Of a stretch of DNA of 64,000 bases, positions 49,918 to 64,000 are shown piece after piece (within the stretch, counting starts at the first letter, position 1; each line of letters starts with the position of its first letter). Under the pieces are notes generated by a model that was not told the DNA's origin, made no database searches, and was given only the letters and a program-made list of their open reading frames with translations. Made by a program: the position numbers and the translations under genes. Origin of the DNA: Octopus sinensis (taxonomy: Eukaryota); the NCBI RefSeq assembly GCF_006345805.1, contig NC_043017.1:23560001-23624000 (forward strand), read 5' to 3'.

Positions 49918-52666
49918 GAAATATACATGAACGTTTGTCTGTGACATGGTGCATGTGTCCGTGTCTTTCACCGAGGAATTTTGCCAAATACAATAACACT
50001 GCTCCCAATGTCGGGAACCAACAGTTTCTCATAAAAGATAAATAAAGTTGAAACAAGGCTAATGGTTTTATTGACATTATTAATATAATTTAAGAAGAAC
50101 ACAACTAAATTTAAACTTTCTCAACGATGTACAAACTGCGCACACACACACACACATACATACATACACGTTGCCTATACATATATACTCGTTCAAACTA
50201 AAATATATTACTTCTCTTTGGACATTATGTACTCTATATTGTTACCTTTTAGAGTACTTTTCACGATTGTGTTGTAAGTATATTCGTTTACTCGAATGTA
50301 TCAATGGAATTTTATTGAGAAATAGTTGTCATTAAAATTCCTAGTTCAAATCTCACCGGCGTTGTCCGTGCCTGACGTCCTCCTGGGGTTGGTTAATTGT
50401 CAGACAAGCACCTCATTAATCCATTCTTAAACATTTGCGATTTTGTACCTATGTGAGGATTCCTTAATTATTTAGAAGACTAACATTTGTAGCGACTGAT
50501 AAAACGCACTTACTAAATCCTTCTATCTTATACATGTGCTTAAAGAAGAAATTTAATTATAGTAAAACAATAATAATGTTCCCTTTATTAACCAATTAGG
50601 GTTCACTAAAACATTGTGGACGGTAATAAAAATAATAATAATAATATCAATGGTTTCAAATTTTGTCACAAGGGCAGCAATTTTTGTCTGGAGGGGAGTA
50701 GTCGATTACATCGACCCCAGTGTTTCAACTGTACTTAATTTATCGACCTCGAAAGGGTGAAAGGCAAAGTCGACCTCGGCTGAATTTGAACTCAGAACGT
50801 AAAGAGTTGGCATAAATACGCCGAGACAATTTTTTTTTTCTAATGCTCTAATTAATAAATTTCTTACAAAGACATTGAGAAAAAAAAATTTGAACGTGAC
50901 ACTTTTTATTGTATCGAAATTTTGTTGAGTACTACACACACCTTTATGAAATTAAAGAGAATAAATCAATTCGACAGAAATTATGGTCCCACTATTGAGC
51001 TAACCCTTGTAATAACTTCGTGCATAACATTTTTTTCTACGAAGAAATGGAATGTTGTGAAATTCATACATTTCTCGGGTGTTTTAAATTGCCGTCAGTG
51101 AACAGGTTACCTTCCACCGACCGAGGTCGCTTATTAGGCTTTTCCAGTAGCTTATTTTCACGAGACTCAACATATCTCAACTATTTCAAAAACAACATAC
51201 TATTATTGATATAATTTTATTCAGGTAAAAATCCACCACATATTACTAGGTTGCTTATTTCAATCGTAGTGGGACGAAAGATAAAATGGCCCTAATGAAT
51301 ATAGGAATTCATTCACACTTCAGATAAACAAGATATATTTATTGCTCGGTTTTAATTTTAAATCTTGAAACTTCTCTCTTTCTCTCTTTTTTTTTTTTTT
51401 TTTGTTAAGGAAATTCGCGTATGTCAATTAAAAAAAATGCTCAACTCATCACACTCCCTTATTTCGTGTTTTGTTTCATCCATTCTCTTTTTTAGAGCCT
51501 CATCACTCGTCAAAGAGTGAGATTATTATTATTATTGTTGTTGATTTACTGTGGATTGTCAAAATCGGTAGAGTGACGGACAAAATGCCTTGCAATCAAT
51601 ATTTAATAGCATTATGAGTTCAAATTCAAACGAAGTCGTCTTGGTCTGTTCACCTTTCACTACCAGTTGAGATCGATTTAATAAACTACATCCACGCTCC
51701 CCCAAATAGGGTCTTGTGTCAGTGTTAGAAATCAATATATTTTGCATTATGATACAACAGTTTGTGTGTGTGTGTTGGAGCAGGTATGGAAAGATTTTCG
51801 TTTTCTTACAGTTAATGAATATAGTTTGTACATTAAAAAAATCCCTCCTTTAGGCAGTCGTTTGATTCTTTCTGACACCTGCCGTAGGTAGACCCATAAG
51901 TTTTTATTTTGATAATTCACCTGTTGTTTAGTTCTCTTGCTTGGAGCTGTGATGAAAGACTCCAGGCGAGACCATCCTATCTTTTTTTTTTTTCTTTAAA
52001 AATGAAAGCAGTATGATTTGAGAGATATAAACAGTTGTTGCTAGAAGGTTGGACTAAGGAACTCGTTGGTTTGTGAACTCGCTGGCTTAATAATACCTGT
52101 TCAGCCTTTAAATTGACACACATTAAATAAAATAAGGGCAAGACTTGTGTGTATAAGCAATTATATATATGGACACACACGTGTGAGTGTATGTATGTAT
52201 GTATGTATGTATGTATGTAGATATATACACACACATGTAGGTACTATTATTCTGTACCACAAAGTATATCTATAGATTTTAGTCTTACACTATGTAATAA
52301 ACAAATGTAAATGACTTGTCTTTTTATGATATATCTTTGTGAATAGAAAAAGAGGAATCAGTCAGACAAATTTCATTTCTATGTTGGAATTTCATGAATG
52401 ACTATAACTTCTTTGTGTATCTTCAAAGACTCCTTTTAAACTCATATCTCTAAGGACTTAAAAACTCATTTCATTTGACCTATTCAGCCTTTTGAGACAA
52501 GTATTCACAACAACATCCAGTCTCCCTCGGATAACTTCTTTACTAAATATCATTCATATGCATTACCTGTCTGTACCAATGCAGTCTTCCTTCTTGTACA
52601 TTACTTCTAATAACTTTTACAATCATTTTCCTCTCTCAGCTTTTCTGTATCATCATATCCCTAGAG

Positions 52667-52847
52667 CAGTGCTTTTCAAACTTTTTGCTGGAGCGGAACC
52701 CCAAGGAAACATTCCACTGGCTCGAGGAACCCCTGTGCAATAATTTAATATAGTCTTATGCACACATATCTGCACAGGAGAATTAAAAATTACTGCCGAT
52801 TTTAGCAGTTTTGTAACTTCTTGCGGAACCCTGGTTGAAAACCACTG
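52667..52847. mobile_element. hAT (Charlie-like) MITE
   Basis: TIR CAGTG(C/G)TTTTCAA(A/C)C; 8-bp TSD CCCTAGAG at 52659-52666 and 52848-52855. Confidence 0.9.
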
Positions 52848-54072
52848 CCCTAGAGTATGCTCATTTCATTTCTCTTTGGCCTTCACATATCTTCTGCATT
52901 TAATGCCTATATCTCTCTACCATGCAGCATCACACATTGTACTAAAGCATCATAAAAATCTACCATCTCCTTGATGAGAGAATCTCTTTGTTGCCAACGG
53001 ATGTGATAGCTCCCTAAACTTTTCCCACTCCAATTTTACTTTTCGTCTCCTAAACTCTCAGGCACCTGCATTCTTTGTTAATTAGATAACCTAAATCACA
53101 AAAGCTTCCCACTGTTCCTTAAAAATTTAATGAGTGTTTTTTACATAGACACTTTCAGCTAACCTAGGACTGAATATGTGCCACATGCAAAGCTTTCCTT
53201 TATCAATATCTTACCTGTGATCCCACATCTCTTACATAACCACAATTGACACAACTGACAGGTACACTGTTTGGAATTACTATCTACCCGTTTTCAACCA
53301 ATGGAGCCTGATTATTAAAGCTTGCACCTTTGCTACAGTTACTTTGATTCCAGGCTTTGCTTCTATAAATGAGTTTTCTTCTCTAAATTGTTAACACATT
53401 CAGCAATGAGAACTAGGTCATCTGTATACAGGAGTTCCCATGAACAGCCTGTCTTAAACTCATCTGTTACAGTCTGGAGAAATATAATTGACATCTATCT
53501 TCTTCTTCTGCTCAAACATGAAAATCGCCATTACAATCCCCAATTCAAACTTCCTTCTTCTCCAAATCAACTTCCGGCCTGATGTCCACAGCAAGTTAAA
53601 AAGATTTTTATCTCATTTATCTTCCGTACCTCTCATTCGTTAAATGTCTTAACTTGCTTTGTTTTTCCTATCTTTCTCTACGAAATTTAACCGTTTAAGG
53701 TTACCTTCAATCCTTAATTCCATCTTTCCGCCATTTGGCAATGCCTTCTTCGTCTTCTTCTTCTTCTGCTCAAACCCGTGCAGGTGGCACGTAAAAAGCA
53801 CCCACTCCACTCGCGGAGTGGTTGGCGTTAGGAAGGGCATCCCGCTGTAGAAACTCTGCCAGATCAGACTGGAGCCTGGAGCGGCCCCTGGCTTCCCAGA
53901 CCCCGGTCAAACCGTCCAACCCGTGCTAGCGCGGAAAACGGACGTTAAACGATGATGATGATGATTATGATCTACCAACACATTAAATCCCTCACTGAAT
54001 CCCTCAATGCCAACTCTCACCTTAATAACATTATCTCTGCACATGGCTTGCACACCTCTGACAAGCTATTTA

Positions 54073-54574
54073 CTCTTTACTCTTTTATTTGTTTCAGTCA
54101 TTTGACTGTGGCCATGCTGGAGCAGCGCCTTTAGTCGAGCAAATCGACCCCAGGACTTATTCTTTGTAAGCCTAGTACTTATTCTATTGGTCTCTTTTGC
54201 CGAACCGCTAAGTTACAGGGATGTAAACACACCAGCATCAGTTGTCAAGCGATGTTGGGGGGACAAACACAGACACACAAACATATACACATACATATAT
54301 ATATATATAACAGGAAGCTTTACGAAAATAAACAAAAGACGAAGGCAGGTGGAGTACAAACAAACAATTGTATAAGTATGGCGCTCAGGAATAGAAATAA
54401 TATATACATATATACGACGGGCTTCTTTCAGTTTCCGTCTACCAAATCCACTCAAGGCTTTGGTCAGCCCGAGGCTATAGTAGAAGACACTTGCCCAAGA
54501 TGAACGCAGTGGGACTGAACCCAGAACCATGTGGTTGGTAAGCAAGCTACTTACCACACAGCCACTCCTGCGCC
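54073..54574 (-). mobile_element. Family A SINE with a PLE-tail-like insert (54311-54400) in its internal (TA)n
   Basis: Family A modules on both sides; AAGCTATTTA repeated at 54063-54072 and 54588-54597. Confidence 0.88.
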
Positions 54575-57278
54575 TATTTATCTGTTTAAGCTATTTATCT
54601 TCACCAAAGTTTTTAGCAACTACAAGACTACACAACACAGTACACTGTCAAAAGTTGTCTCCAGATCAACAAATGTGAGATATAGTGGCTTACTCCTAAG
54701 AACTTATTGTTTCATTAGGAAGCGAGCTTTAGTTGTGCTTCTCTTATTACAAATCCAATCTGCAATTTATGCTACAATTTAATCCATCAGCTTGACACTA
54801 CTGAGACTGGATGTTACAAGAGCATTTTCTTTGCTTTTGTAGCATTTGATGACGATGATATGTCATTCGTTGAGTATGACACCACTCTGTACTCTCTGAT
54901 TGACTGTATGCACTCTGCATTTTTGAATATTTTCGACATCCAAATAACTATCCCCGATGGTTTCGCAGCTTTCTCTACTTTTAAAGCCATTTCAACCATA
55001 TTAATGCCAACTTCTACAGCTGGTTTCCCCCTGTTTGGTCTACTTAGCATTTCTCTCCCTCACATTTCCACTTTCTACAACCCCTCTTTCTAATATTTCC
55101 AAGTCCATTTCCTTTCAGTTAAGGGTGATAAATGAGTCCAAGTACATTTTTCCCCATCAGCATCTTGATTTACCCTGACATGTTACTTTGTAATCCAGAC
55201 TTCACACCTCCATTCCTCTCATTAGTAAAATTCTTGCTTTCAATGTCTCTTCATAGTGTATAGTCATTAATGAAATTCCAACATAGAAATGAAATTTGTC
55301 AGACTGATTCCTCTTTTTCTATCCACAAAGATATATTATAAAAAGACAAGTCATTTACATTTGTTTATTACATAGTGTAGACTAAAATCCTAAGATATAC
55401 TTTGTGGTACAGAATAATAGTACCTACATGTGTGTGTATATATACGCCTACAGACATACATACATACCTGACGTCCAGTTTCTCTTCTAGTTATTGTTAT
55501 TTATTGACCCCTTTCTTTCAGTCTTTCCAGAAATTGTCCCTGGACTTTTGTGGCTCTACATAAACAGTGCTGTTCTACCACAATGTTACTTCTTATCTGA
55601 CTGGTACTTGCTCCTGACACAGAGATTATTTGTGTCTCATGGCTGGTGGTCTTTGTACAAACTCCCAGTTGTCGCTTATGTTGTCTATAACTCCTTCCCA
55701 TTTATCTCAACATGTGCCATGCTTAGAACCCCTCCGAATATATGTAGAATGATGGGATCTTTTGGTTTGCTTATATATATATATATGTAACTATAAACAG
55801 TTATATGTAATATATATATACGTATGGTACATAACTATAAATAATTATATACAATATATATAAAACAAAAAATATAATTCCTAAAACATTTACAAGTAAA
55901 ATAATAGGAAAATGTATAAACTTTTATTGAAATTGAATCGTTCTGATTTTATAGAACTTTAAAATAAATGTTATGTTTGCTCCTATTTTTGGTTAGTTTT
56001 ATGAATAATTTTAAACTTCATTTTAAAATTATTTTTCTTACTCCCAATGATACAAATATTTTAGCAATATCAGGTTTCTACTTCAGTAGAGCTGACAGTT
56101 TTTGTTGGTTCATTGAATCTCACAAATACAGTAAGACCAACTTCAGTTTACTGAGAGACATTACTACAGCTGCTAATTGAAATTGTAATAAGAAGAATTA
56201 TATCTACAGAGCAACTCTTAAATTTGGAAGCATATTTTCATTTCTATACTGAACAATAAATTTGAGAAACACACCAGTCTTAGATTCTGTATTTTGAATA
56301 ACTTTGCAGAAATATCTTTCATTTCAAGATTACTTCATAAAGCTCAAATTCACCTTTATCTGTCTATATTTGAGAGAACTTTTCTTTAAAGATACTTTAT
56401 TAAATGCTGTTGGTTTCATTTCAGTCAAACAATAGTAATCCTCTAACATCTAAAAGAAATCAAAACTTTCAATCCAACTCGTGGAAACAGGCAAACCTTT
56501 CTTCCATTTCATTATGGAAATGGACAATCAATAGTTTTAGCGTTAGTCTTATCATTTTCTTCTTTCACAGTTAATCCTACATCATTGACTTATTCACCAG
56601 GCATTTGTATCTTTCTACTCGAATATCCTATTTATCACATGGTTTCTGCTCAGGTTGAAGTGGTTCACTGTTCAATAATTATTGACTGATTGACAATATA
56701 ACCTTAAAGGGCCCTTAAACCACAAGCAGCATTCATAGTATGATGTCGGAGTCGTTTTTGATCACAATCAATCCAAATAAGATTTTTATTCCAAAAACAA
56801 AAACAAAAAGCAAAGCAAAATCAGGAAGTTTAAAGCCAAAATATTATTCAGTGCCTGCCTTATATCAACAGTTTGAATTTGATGATCATCTGATTTTCAT
56901 TTGACAATATAGATACAATATAATAGGAAAATTTATTTTTATTGTTTCTTCTATTTTAATTCTACTTAGGCCAAAGTCAAGTTGTTCTTGCTTCTCTGAA
57001 GCACTCATACAATAAAACCAATTTTAATTCGCTGAAAGGTTGCTATAGTAAGTAGTTGAAATTGTAATGGAGAGCATTTATCTATAAATCTCTTATCAGA
57101 TTATATAAGAAGCCATAGCTGTTAGATTGGCATGGCATTGAGATCAAAAGTATATGGTATCAAAGTGTTTATGAACTGGCTTCACAATCTTCAAATTAGA
57201 CAGGATAAAACTGGATAAGACCATTGGATTCCTTCTAAAAAAAAATACAAAATAAAAAAACAATGGATATATCAGGAT

Positions 57279-57483
57279 TACAAGGTGTTGAAAAGTTCCT
57301 GGCTTTGAGTAAAAGAAAATACAGAAGGATTGGTTAATGATTTTATTCAACATATTCCTCTCTCAGATTCATACATTTATTGCAGTGGTCTTCCAGTTTT
57401 TCTAACCCTGTAAAAGAACTGAGTAGTTTGGGCCCCTAACCATTATACCCTTAGAGCTAGGAACTTTTCAGCACCCCTTTGTA
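57279..57483. mobile_element. Mariner-type MITE
   Basis: Imperfect TIR TACAA(AGG)GGTG(T/C)TGAAAAGTTCCT(G/A)GCT; TA ends. Confidence 0.8.
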
Positions 57484-59727
57484 GAGGCATACACTCTTAC
57501 CAGATTAAAAGATAACGCTCCTGCTCAAAAGTCACATTGACTGAGAGGGCCAGTTTCCCTGTTTCTGTGGTGTATATTTTCTCCCCTGGGTGGGACACCA
57601 GTCCATCATTGGATTACTCATTTTTGCTAGCTTAGTGGACTGGAACAACATGAAATAAAGTGTTTTACCCAGCCTAGGAATTGAAACCACAATCTTACAC
57701 TCATCAGTCCAACCCCCTAAACACTAAGTCAAGCACATCTACTCCAACCAAAATGGGAGAAGGATTATGACACATTATAAAATAGGTTAGCAGTTGTTCC
57801 CATTAATTTTCTATTGAACACCTTTTTATAACAAGTCACATCTGCAGCAATGTCATAGCATTGAGCTCAAAAGTCATTTAAAAGTTGTTTTAAAATTATT
57901 TTCAGGATGTGTTAAGCGCCCATTTTAATTTAATTGGATAAACCCAAGAAAAAAAGAACTCATTTATAGAAATAATTTGTTATTAAAATTGATATCAACA
58001 TAAGAAACAGTTTCTGCTATTTACTTGTGATGTGTTTGATATGGAGCAGAATCAATTACAAAGCCAAACTATTTAGCTTTATGAGTTCTATGAAGCAATT
58101 TCTGGTGAACAGTAAGAGTCCATCAACTGAATATATTTCATTCTGCAATTATGAAGGTTAATAGTCTTCCAGGATTCTTTGTCGCAATTCATGATATGAT
58201 CAGAATTTTTAAATAATTTTTTTTTAAATCCCTTTAAAATTTCCAGAATTGCTTTCTTCATCCTGTATTCTTTATGATTATGCAATGCAAAAATTTAAGT
58301 TGTTAAAAATGTGAACATCTTATTGTATAGAACATCTTACTCGTTTTGTTCTTCTGATGTAATTTGAGCTTGAAACTCTGTAAGTAATTCCTCTACTTCT
58401 TATAAGATTTCTTCTTTTATTTTTTTCGTTGTGTGAAGAAGTATCAATGATGTTTTGCCTTTTCATGGATAATAATCTAATCCATTTTCCTGTTCCAATA
58501 ACAACTAATTGACATTTCTTGAAAATAGCAGCTTTCTTTTTTTTTTTTTTTTGCTATCTTCTCTAGAGAATATAAGCCATCATTTCTACATCCATTTCTC
58601 AACAATTTTTAAATCCCTTTCCATTCATTGAATGGTTTTTTTTTATTATTTTATTTGTAGGAATAAATAGGCACTTTACTATTCTAAAATGCTTTGAACT
58701 GAAAAGGATGTTTTCTGTCCATAGGGTATGTGATAAAATCACATTTTTTTTTTTGGCATTTTACCAAACTCTAAGTGCCCTACATGTTACTAAGTCACAT
58801 GAATGTAGGCCAGGCTGTTTCCTTGGTTTAGCCAATCCTGTTCTTGGCCAATACATTGCATTCCTATTCATACAGGGGTAGAATCATCCATATTCATTTC
58901 TGGAATAGTGAAGACTTGTCCTATTGGTTCTCTTTTGCTGAACCACTAACTTACAGGGATGTAAACACACCAACACTGTGGGAGACAAACACACACACAC
59001 ACGACAGGCTTCTTTCAACTTCAGTCTACCAAATCCATTCACAAGACTTTGGTTGACCCAAGGTTATAGTAGAAGATGCTTACTGAACCTGGAACCTTGT
59101 GGTTGGGAAGCAAGCTTCTTACCACACATCCACGTCTGCAATTAGAAAAAGAAAAACACCAATGTTTTAACCCAAATAAAAGGAAAACGTTTGAAAGACA
59201 AGCAAGCCATTAAGAATTGTTTGTCATTTTGAAAAAGAAGAATGAAACAAATATAAAGATTATTCAGTGAATTTTCTGATAGACTTGGTCTCAAGTTTTA
59301 TGAAATCTTAAGCTGCAGCTAAAACCATTTGTCTGCCAGCTGTTGCAAGAAGGTTTTCGCTTGAAATGATAATTTTAAAATTAAAATTGTAAATGTCATA
59401 TGAGGAAAAGCTGAAGATTGCTTTACTTCTCTGAAATCACAGATTTGTAGGGAGGACAGTGTATGAGAACCATGCTGTGGTTTACCAGCCTAAGAACAAA
59501 TACCTTTGGAAATATAGTTTGAAGTGAAGTAGTGTGGTTGTACCTAAAAAAATGGGAGTTAGTCATGCTTTGTGATTTTCTTGTTCCTCCTAGTTTTGAA
59601 GCCTTCAGAAAAGATTATGGACCCTGTCCTTTTAACTTCAAGTGAAAAAAAAAAAAACACAAAACAAACAAACAAAAGACACAACACATACTCTCAAAAA
59701 TACACTCACATACACACATGCATATAT

Positions 59728-60325
59728 TCTTTTCTACTCTAAGCACAAGGCCTGAAATTTTGGGGGAGGGGGCCTGTCGATTAGATCAACTCCAGTACTC
59801 AATTGATACTTAATTTATCAACCCCAAAAGGATGAAAGGTAAAGTCAACCTTGGCGGAATTTGAACTCGGAACCTAAAGACAGATGAAATACCTATTTCT
59901 TTACTACTCAGAAGGGGCTAAACACAGAGAGGACAAACAAGGACAGATAAATGGATTAAGTCGATTATATCGACCCCAGTTTGTAACTGGTACTTATTTA
60001 ATCGACCCCAAAAGGATGAAAGGCAAAGTCGACCTTGGCGGAATTTGAACTCAGAACGTAGCGGCAGGCGAAATACCTATTTCTTTACTAACCACAAGGG
60101 GCTAAACACAGAGAGGACAAACAAGGACAGATAAATGGATTAAGTCGATTATGTAAAGAAATATATATCGACCTCAGTGCGTGACTGGTACTTATTTAAT
60201 CGACCCCGAAAGGATGAAAGGCAATGTCGACCTTGGCGGAATTTGAACTCAGAACGTAACGGCAGACAAAATACCACCAAGCATTTCGCCTGGCATGCTA
60301 ACGTTTCTGCCAGCTTGCCGCCTTA
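59728..60325 (-). mobile_element. Trimeric family D SINE (one head, three bodies)
   Basis: Three GAGTTCAAATTCCGCC B-box segments with two different tail types. Confidence 0.85.
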
Positions 60326-60482
60326 CACACATAAACAGATGAATTTTTTAATTTGTTCCTTTATTATTAGTCGTGGGTTGCTCTTTGTACTTCAGCTTCA
60401 TATTGGAACAACTGCTGGCTTGTGTTGTAATGCGGAATCGCTTTGTTGAATAATTTCTCTGTTCAATAATCGTTTAGATGTA

Positions 60483-61084
60483 CAGTAATCCCTCAACTAT
60501 CGTGGGTGAAAATCTGCAAAATAGAAACAGTACTGTACTCTCTCTTTCTCTCTTTTACTTGTTTCAGTCATTTGACTGTGGCCATGCTGGAGCACCGCCT
60601 TTAGTCAAGCAACTCGACCCCAGGACTTATTCTTTGTAAGCCTAGTACTTATTCTATCGGTGTCTTTTGCTGAACCACTAAGTTACAGGGACGTAAACAC
60701 ACCAGCATCAGTTGTCAAGCGATGTTAGGGGGACAAACACAGACACACACACAAACACACACACCACACATATATATATATGACGGGCTCCTTTCAGTTT
60801 CCATCTTCCAACTTCACTCACAAAGCTTTGGTCGGCCCGAGGCTATAGTAGAAGACACTTACCCAAGGTGCCACGCAGTGGGACTGAACTCAGAACCATG
60901 TGGTTGGTAAGCAAGCTACTTACCACGCAGCCACTCCCACGCCTATCTATATATTTTTAAAATTATTTTTATAATTCATATATATTTATTCTATTACAAA
61001 TGCAAAACAACACCATGGAGGAATCAACATAAGCTTAAATAATAAACCACGATAGGTGAACTCTGATATGGCGAAGGATTTCTG
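60483..61084. mobile_element. pogo/Tigger-like MITE interrupted by a family A SINE (60541-60943, -)
   Basis: TA-CAGTAATCCCTC left end; right end reads TA-CAGAAATCCTTC on minus. Confidence 0.65.
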
Positions 61085-62908
61085 TATATCATGTTAATGC
61101 TGTCAGTAGGGTATTGCATGGTCTTGATTAATGGGGTTCCTTCATTAGGTTTGTTGTAGAAATTGCATTTGCTCATGTTTAGGTTAAGCGTAACATATAG
61201 GAAATGTATCTCCAGATTTGTATTTCTTGTATTTCTTTAGTCAAATTCTGTAAGAGTTTTTGTTTGTTCCTTTCAAAGTTTGCCGATGTCATGTCAATTT
61301 ATGTTGTGGAATATGGCAAGTCCATCATCTCTATAAAGCCCAATGCAAGATAAACTCTGGTTACAGAATGAGTGAATATGTCATCAAAACCTCTCAAAAC
61401 AAAACACTAAGTGTATCACACGTAAATACAATCTTAAAGATAGAATATATTACAATGATACTGAAATGAAAAAATCTCTTCTTCAACACAGTACCACAAA
61501 CTAGCAAACCACAAAATGTACTTTAGACAACAAAATGATACAAGCAAATATCAGTGTAAATATGGGAGTTATAAACTTCATGACTCAGACTGTTAAAAAT
61601 GAGTTGGTGGGGAGAAAGAGAATGAGAGACCAAACAGTATACATACACTCACATGCACATATATCCATGATTGTGTGTGTGTGTACTTAAGCATGCAAAC
61701 AATACAACACTTTCTCCCCAGTTGTCCATGCATTTACAACAAGAGGCCATCATCCTTCTTACAGAACATGAAATAATGCAGGATAGAAAAAACTTAGTTC
61801 ACAGCACTTCAATTTTATGTAGAACCCTATAAAAACAGTGAGAGTAGCTATGGAAGCCAAAAATAGAGACAAAAATATCAACAGAGGCAACACATGTAAA
61901 ATGCATAATGAAATCTCCTTACCTCTTGTATAATTTTAAAATTTAGCGTTGATGATTTTTATCAATATTACTGTGATCCTTTGTGACTTACTGGCAAGTG
62001 CATGAATAACATGCCATTACTATCTTTTCATTCCAATGAAGGCCTTGAAATGTTAATGGACTAATGGATTTGGGAACCCTATTGTTGTTATGAACTGAAC
62101 ATAAAGAGATCAAAGAATACAGTTGTGCTTTTTTTATGACATCTGAAATAAAATGTTCCCTATTTACACAGATACATATCCGTGTGTGTGTCTGTGTGTA
62201 TGTGTGAGTGCATGTGTGTGTGCGCGTGCATGTATAAATGTACATGTATGAGTGCATGAATAAATGTAGTAGAAGCCACATATTATTATCGCTTGAGAAG
62301 AAACCCTTTCTGATAACAATAACCAGCTGGTAATATTGAGCAGAGGATCTGGTAATATCTGGGCCTTACAAATTAGCATATATATATGCATAGATACACA
62401 CATTGCATAATACATACGCACATGGATGCATCTATATATATATATATGCACACACCTGTACTTACACATAGATCCCACCAGCCACATCGACCAAACATAG
62501 CACACTATCTCTCCGTCAAGAGATATTACACACCACACATGCATTAACATTAACCACCACTACATACACACACACAGGTACACTTATGAATATTCTCACC
62601 CTCTTTGTCCCCACTTGAGTGTCTTTGCATCTCGTCCCTATCTCCACTACCTCCACCCCACACACAAACACACTTATTTCATGATTCTACGTTGTGTGTG
62701 TATGTTTGAAATTTTGCTGGAGGGGATCTAGTCTAGAACTTATCGACTCCAGTTCTCCATTAGCATTTATTTTATCGACCTCGGAAGGACGAAAGGCAAA
62801 GTCGACCTTAGCTTCATTTGAACTCAAAACGTAAAAAGCAGGTAGAAATGCTGTTATAAGCATTTCATCCGGCGTGCTAACGATTCTACCTACTCACCGC
62901 TTTTTTTT

Positions 62909-62947
<39 letters not shown>

Positions 62948-63414
62948 TTTTCTCCTATTTCTCTCTGCTTGAGATTAATGCGATGTCAGTTTCAAAACAG
63001 ACGATTTATTTTAATATAAACAGAAAATAACGACACTCGCCATCGTTTCACGTTCAACTGGGAAAATATCACTTTCAAAAATCGATTTATTTTGAATTAA
63101 CGTTTCAACAAAAAAAAAAAAGAGAGAATTTCTAATTACCCTCCTGTCAGTCTGTTTCTAATTAGCTTTCATTAAAGCGACTTTCATTTGCTTAAGTTTG
63201 TTGTTTTTACTATATTATTCGGAAAAAAATGCCTTGCACTTTTTCTTCCGGCATTTTACGATCTGAGTTCAAATCCTGCTGAGGTTGACTTCACCTTCCT
63301 TCCTTCCGAGTTCGATAAAATGAAATACCGGTTGAGCACTGGGGCAGATTGTAGCTACTAGTCCCCCTCCCCTCAAAATTTGTTGGCCTTGTGCCTAAAT
63401 CAGAAATCGTTATT

Positions 63415-63990
63415 ATAGTTCAGCATCTAGATCAGTCATGATCAATCAACCATGTGATCAGAGACATTCCAACCGTGAACAGTCCATATTTATTATTTTG
63501 GACAAAGTTCCTCGGATTACATCATGCTTTGTGTCCACTTTTTTGTTTTTACAAACAGCATGTATAATTTGAGGGAGATTTAGCTGCTAGTTTTGCAGGT
63601 GGAGTGACCCTACATAGTTCCCTTGTTGACTCGTTGTAGTTAAGCCCTTGATTATGGTTAAGGGTGCTCCAGCCAGGACCATCCCATCATTTTGCACATC
63701 GAGGACTACGTCATACAATGTTTCCTTGCAATTTTTAGGATGGTGGCCGTATCATTTAAGATAAATCTGACTGCTATTTCTAGCAGGTCAGGTACTGCGT
63801 AGAGGCGCCCTTGTGGGCTCATTATTGGCTTGTCCTAAGTCAACGTGATCGGATATTTATGATTTCATTCCAGTTGTGGCCATCAAGTCATTCTAAGGGT
63901 TGGGCCACATCTTGTCCTTAGTCAAAATGCAATTGTTATTTGAGAGAGATCCGGCTACAATTTCTAGTTGTTCAGGCTTACTCGTCAAAA
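63415..63990. mobile_element. Tandem degenerate copies of a further dispersed repeat (family E)
   Basis: TTTAGCTGCTA(G/T)TTTCTAGCAGG-type motif recurs; related segments near 9620-9830, 17575-17720, 45750-46050, 48915-49075. Confidence 0.55.
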
Positions 63991-64000
63991 CGCCCGGGTG

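Larger units (their letters stand above)
52480..55240 (-). mobile_element. Old RTE-clade LINE (RT to C-terminus), heavily decayed and interrupted
   Basis: Collinear motifs on minus: KAAKPSGIV, CYKSKENAL, FVDLETTFD, VQAMCRDNVIKVRVG, TGCSWELLYTDDLVLIAE, WEKFREL, VMLHGRE, GRLHWYRQVMHM. Confidence 0.85.

Noticed and set aside
51093-51140. GTCAGTGAACAGGTT matching the G3-C8 core start
   Set aside because: No stem II/GAAA follows and there is no further similarity to the 11298 element
58088-58600. A-rich minus-strand ORF pieces
   Set aside because: Multiple stops, no recognisable motif and no termini

Overview
64 kb of AT-rich, microsatellite-dense animal genomic DNA. The repeat families resemble those I know from Octopus; this is an inference, as I ran no database search. 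There is one 100-N assembly gap (14900-14999). I found no convincing multi-exon host gene, only one weak candidate first coding exon (49278-49356), and most long ORFs in the track are microsatellite artefacts. The window is a nested mosaic of at least four tRNA/SINE-type families, LINE remnants (CR1, RTE/BovB-like), a Penelope-like element (PLE; GIY-YIG plus an inverted RT piece), mariner and maT/Tc1 remnants, piggyBac-, hAT- and pogo-type MITEs, and Helitron-like elements. The most interesting signal is a set of six short, mutually dissimilar elements anchored in (TA)n/(CA)n tracts. All share one fold-back architecture: an inverted partial copy, an apex, then a longer unit ending at a microsatellite. 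Three of them (11298, 25131, 29131) carry complete minimal type I hammerhead-ribozyme folds with palindromic stem III. Two more carry a 3' half only, and a further fold lies in the terminal region of the PLE itself. Together these folds show all three Watson-Crick versions of the core 3-8 pair seen here (C3-G8, U3-A8, G3-C8). In four cases the inversion breakpoint falls in stem II or at the predicted cleavage site.
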